The position numbers and the translations under genes were made by a program. Below, piece after piece: positions 63,943 to 64,000 of a stretch of 64,000 nt of DNA; positions within the stretch are counted from its first letter, which is position 1, and each line of letters starts with the position of its first letter. The notes beneath the pieces are model-generated. The model did no database searches and had not been told where the DNA came from. It saw only the letters and a list, made by a program, of their open reading frames with translations. Source of the stretch: Candidatus Hydrogenedentota bacterium (GTDB lineage: Bacteria > Hydrogenedentota > Hydrogenedentia > Hydrogenedentales > CAILVY01). The stretch is from contig CAILVY010000392.1 in NCBI GenBank assembly GCA_903837785.1, positions 1,140-65,139 on the forward strand. Direction: 5' to 3'.

Positions 63943-64000
63943 ACTTCGCGGTGCTCGTCGGAAGACTTGCGGAGCGCGAAGGCGAAGCGGAGTATCTCGC

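Noticed and set aside
63943-64000. Possible start or end of another gene at the right edge.
   Set aside because: Only 58 nt are available, too little to support any call.

Overview
GC-rich bacterial chromosomal window. I recognised no rRNA, tRNA, CRISPR array, transposase or integrase. All calls come from reading motifs in the supplied translations and DNA. No searches were run, and start codons are best guesses.

Bases 1-50550 form one co-directional (+) gene array dominated by two complete type IV filament machines placed back to back.

(A) 1-11981 is a T2SS-like operon: gspD (5' end cut by the window)-E-F-G-G'-G-H-I-J-K-L-M.

(B) A 1.15-kb non-coding spacer rich in repeats and hairpins follows. 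Then comes a ~33-kb locus (13134-46002) containing, in order:
- pilB, pilT, a second pilB/gspE-like ATPase, and pilC
- four prepilins in G-H-I-J-like order
- a 3,010-aa GspK-class giant protein
- a 1,514-aa secreted protein with five tandem CBM-like beta-sandwich modules
- a PEGA/FGE-fold lipoprotein lacking both catalytic cysteines
- a pilM-N fusion, a pilO-like gene and a pilP/gspC-like gene
- a pilQ secretin carrying ~175 aa of nearly pure Gly/Met/Tyr repeats

Downstream genes:
- waaA and a sugar ABC importer (two permeases plus a lipoprotein binding protein, no ATPase gene)
- a small charged ORF
- a sulfation module: cysC, a PAPS-type sulfotransferase, and a polytopic membrane protein with a Thr-nucleophile alkaline-phosphatase-superfamily domain
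- a PilZ protein
- three minus-strand glycan-related genes that each end in a discoidin domain: a ThuA-DUF1080-HEAT fusion, a small secreted protein, and a GH29 fucosidase
- a TPR protein

The best candidate for an undescribed system is locus B. It is a retractile (PilT-containing) filament built on T2SS-style G-H-I-J-K pseudopilin logic. Its K (tip) subunit is about five times normal size and carries Ca-loop and lamin-tail-like modules. It is co-encoded with a multi-CBM protein, a dead-FGE lipoprotein and a GGM-repeat secretin. The long antisense and alternative-frame ORFs in the track are high-GC artefacts.
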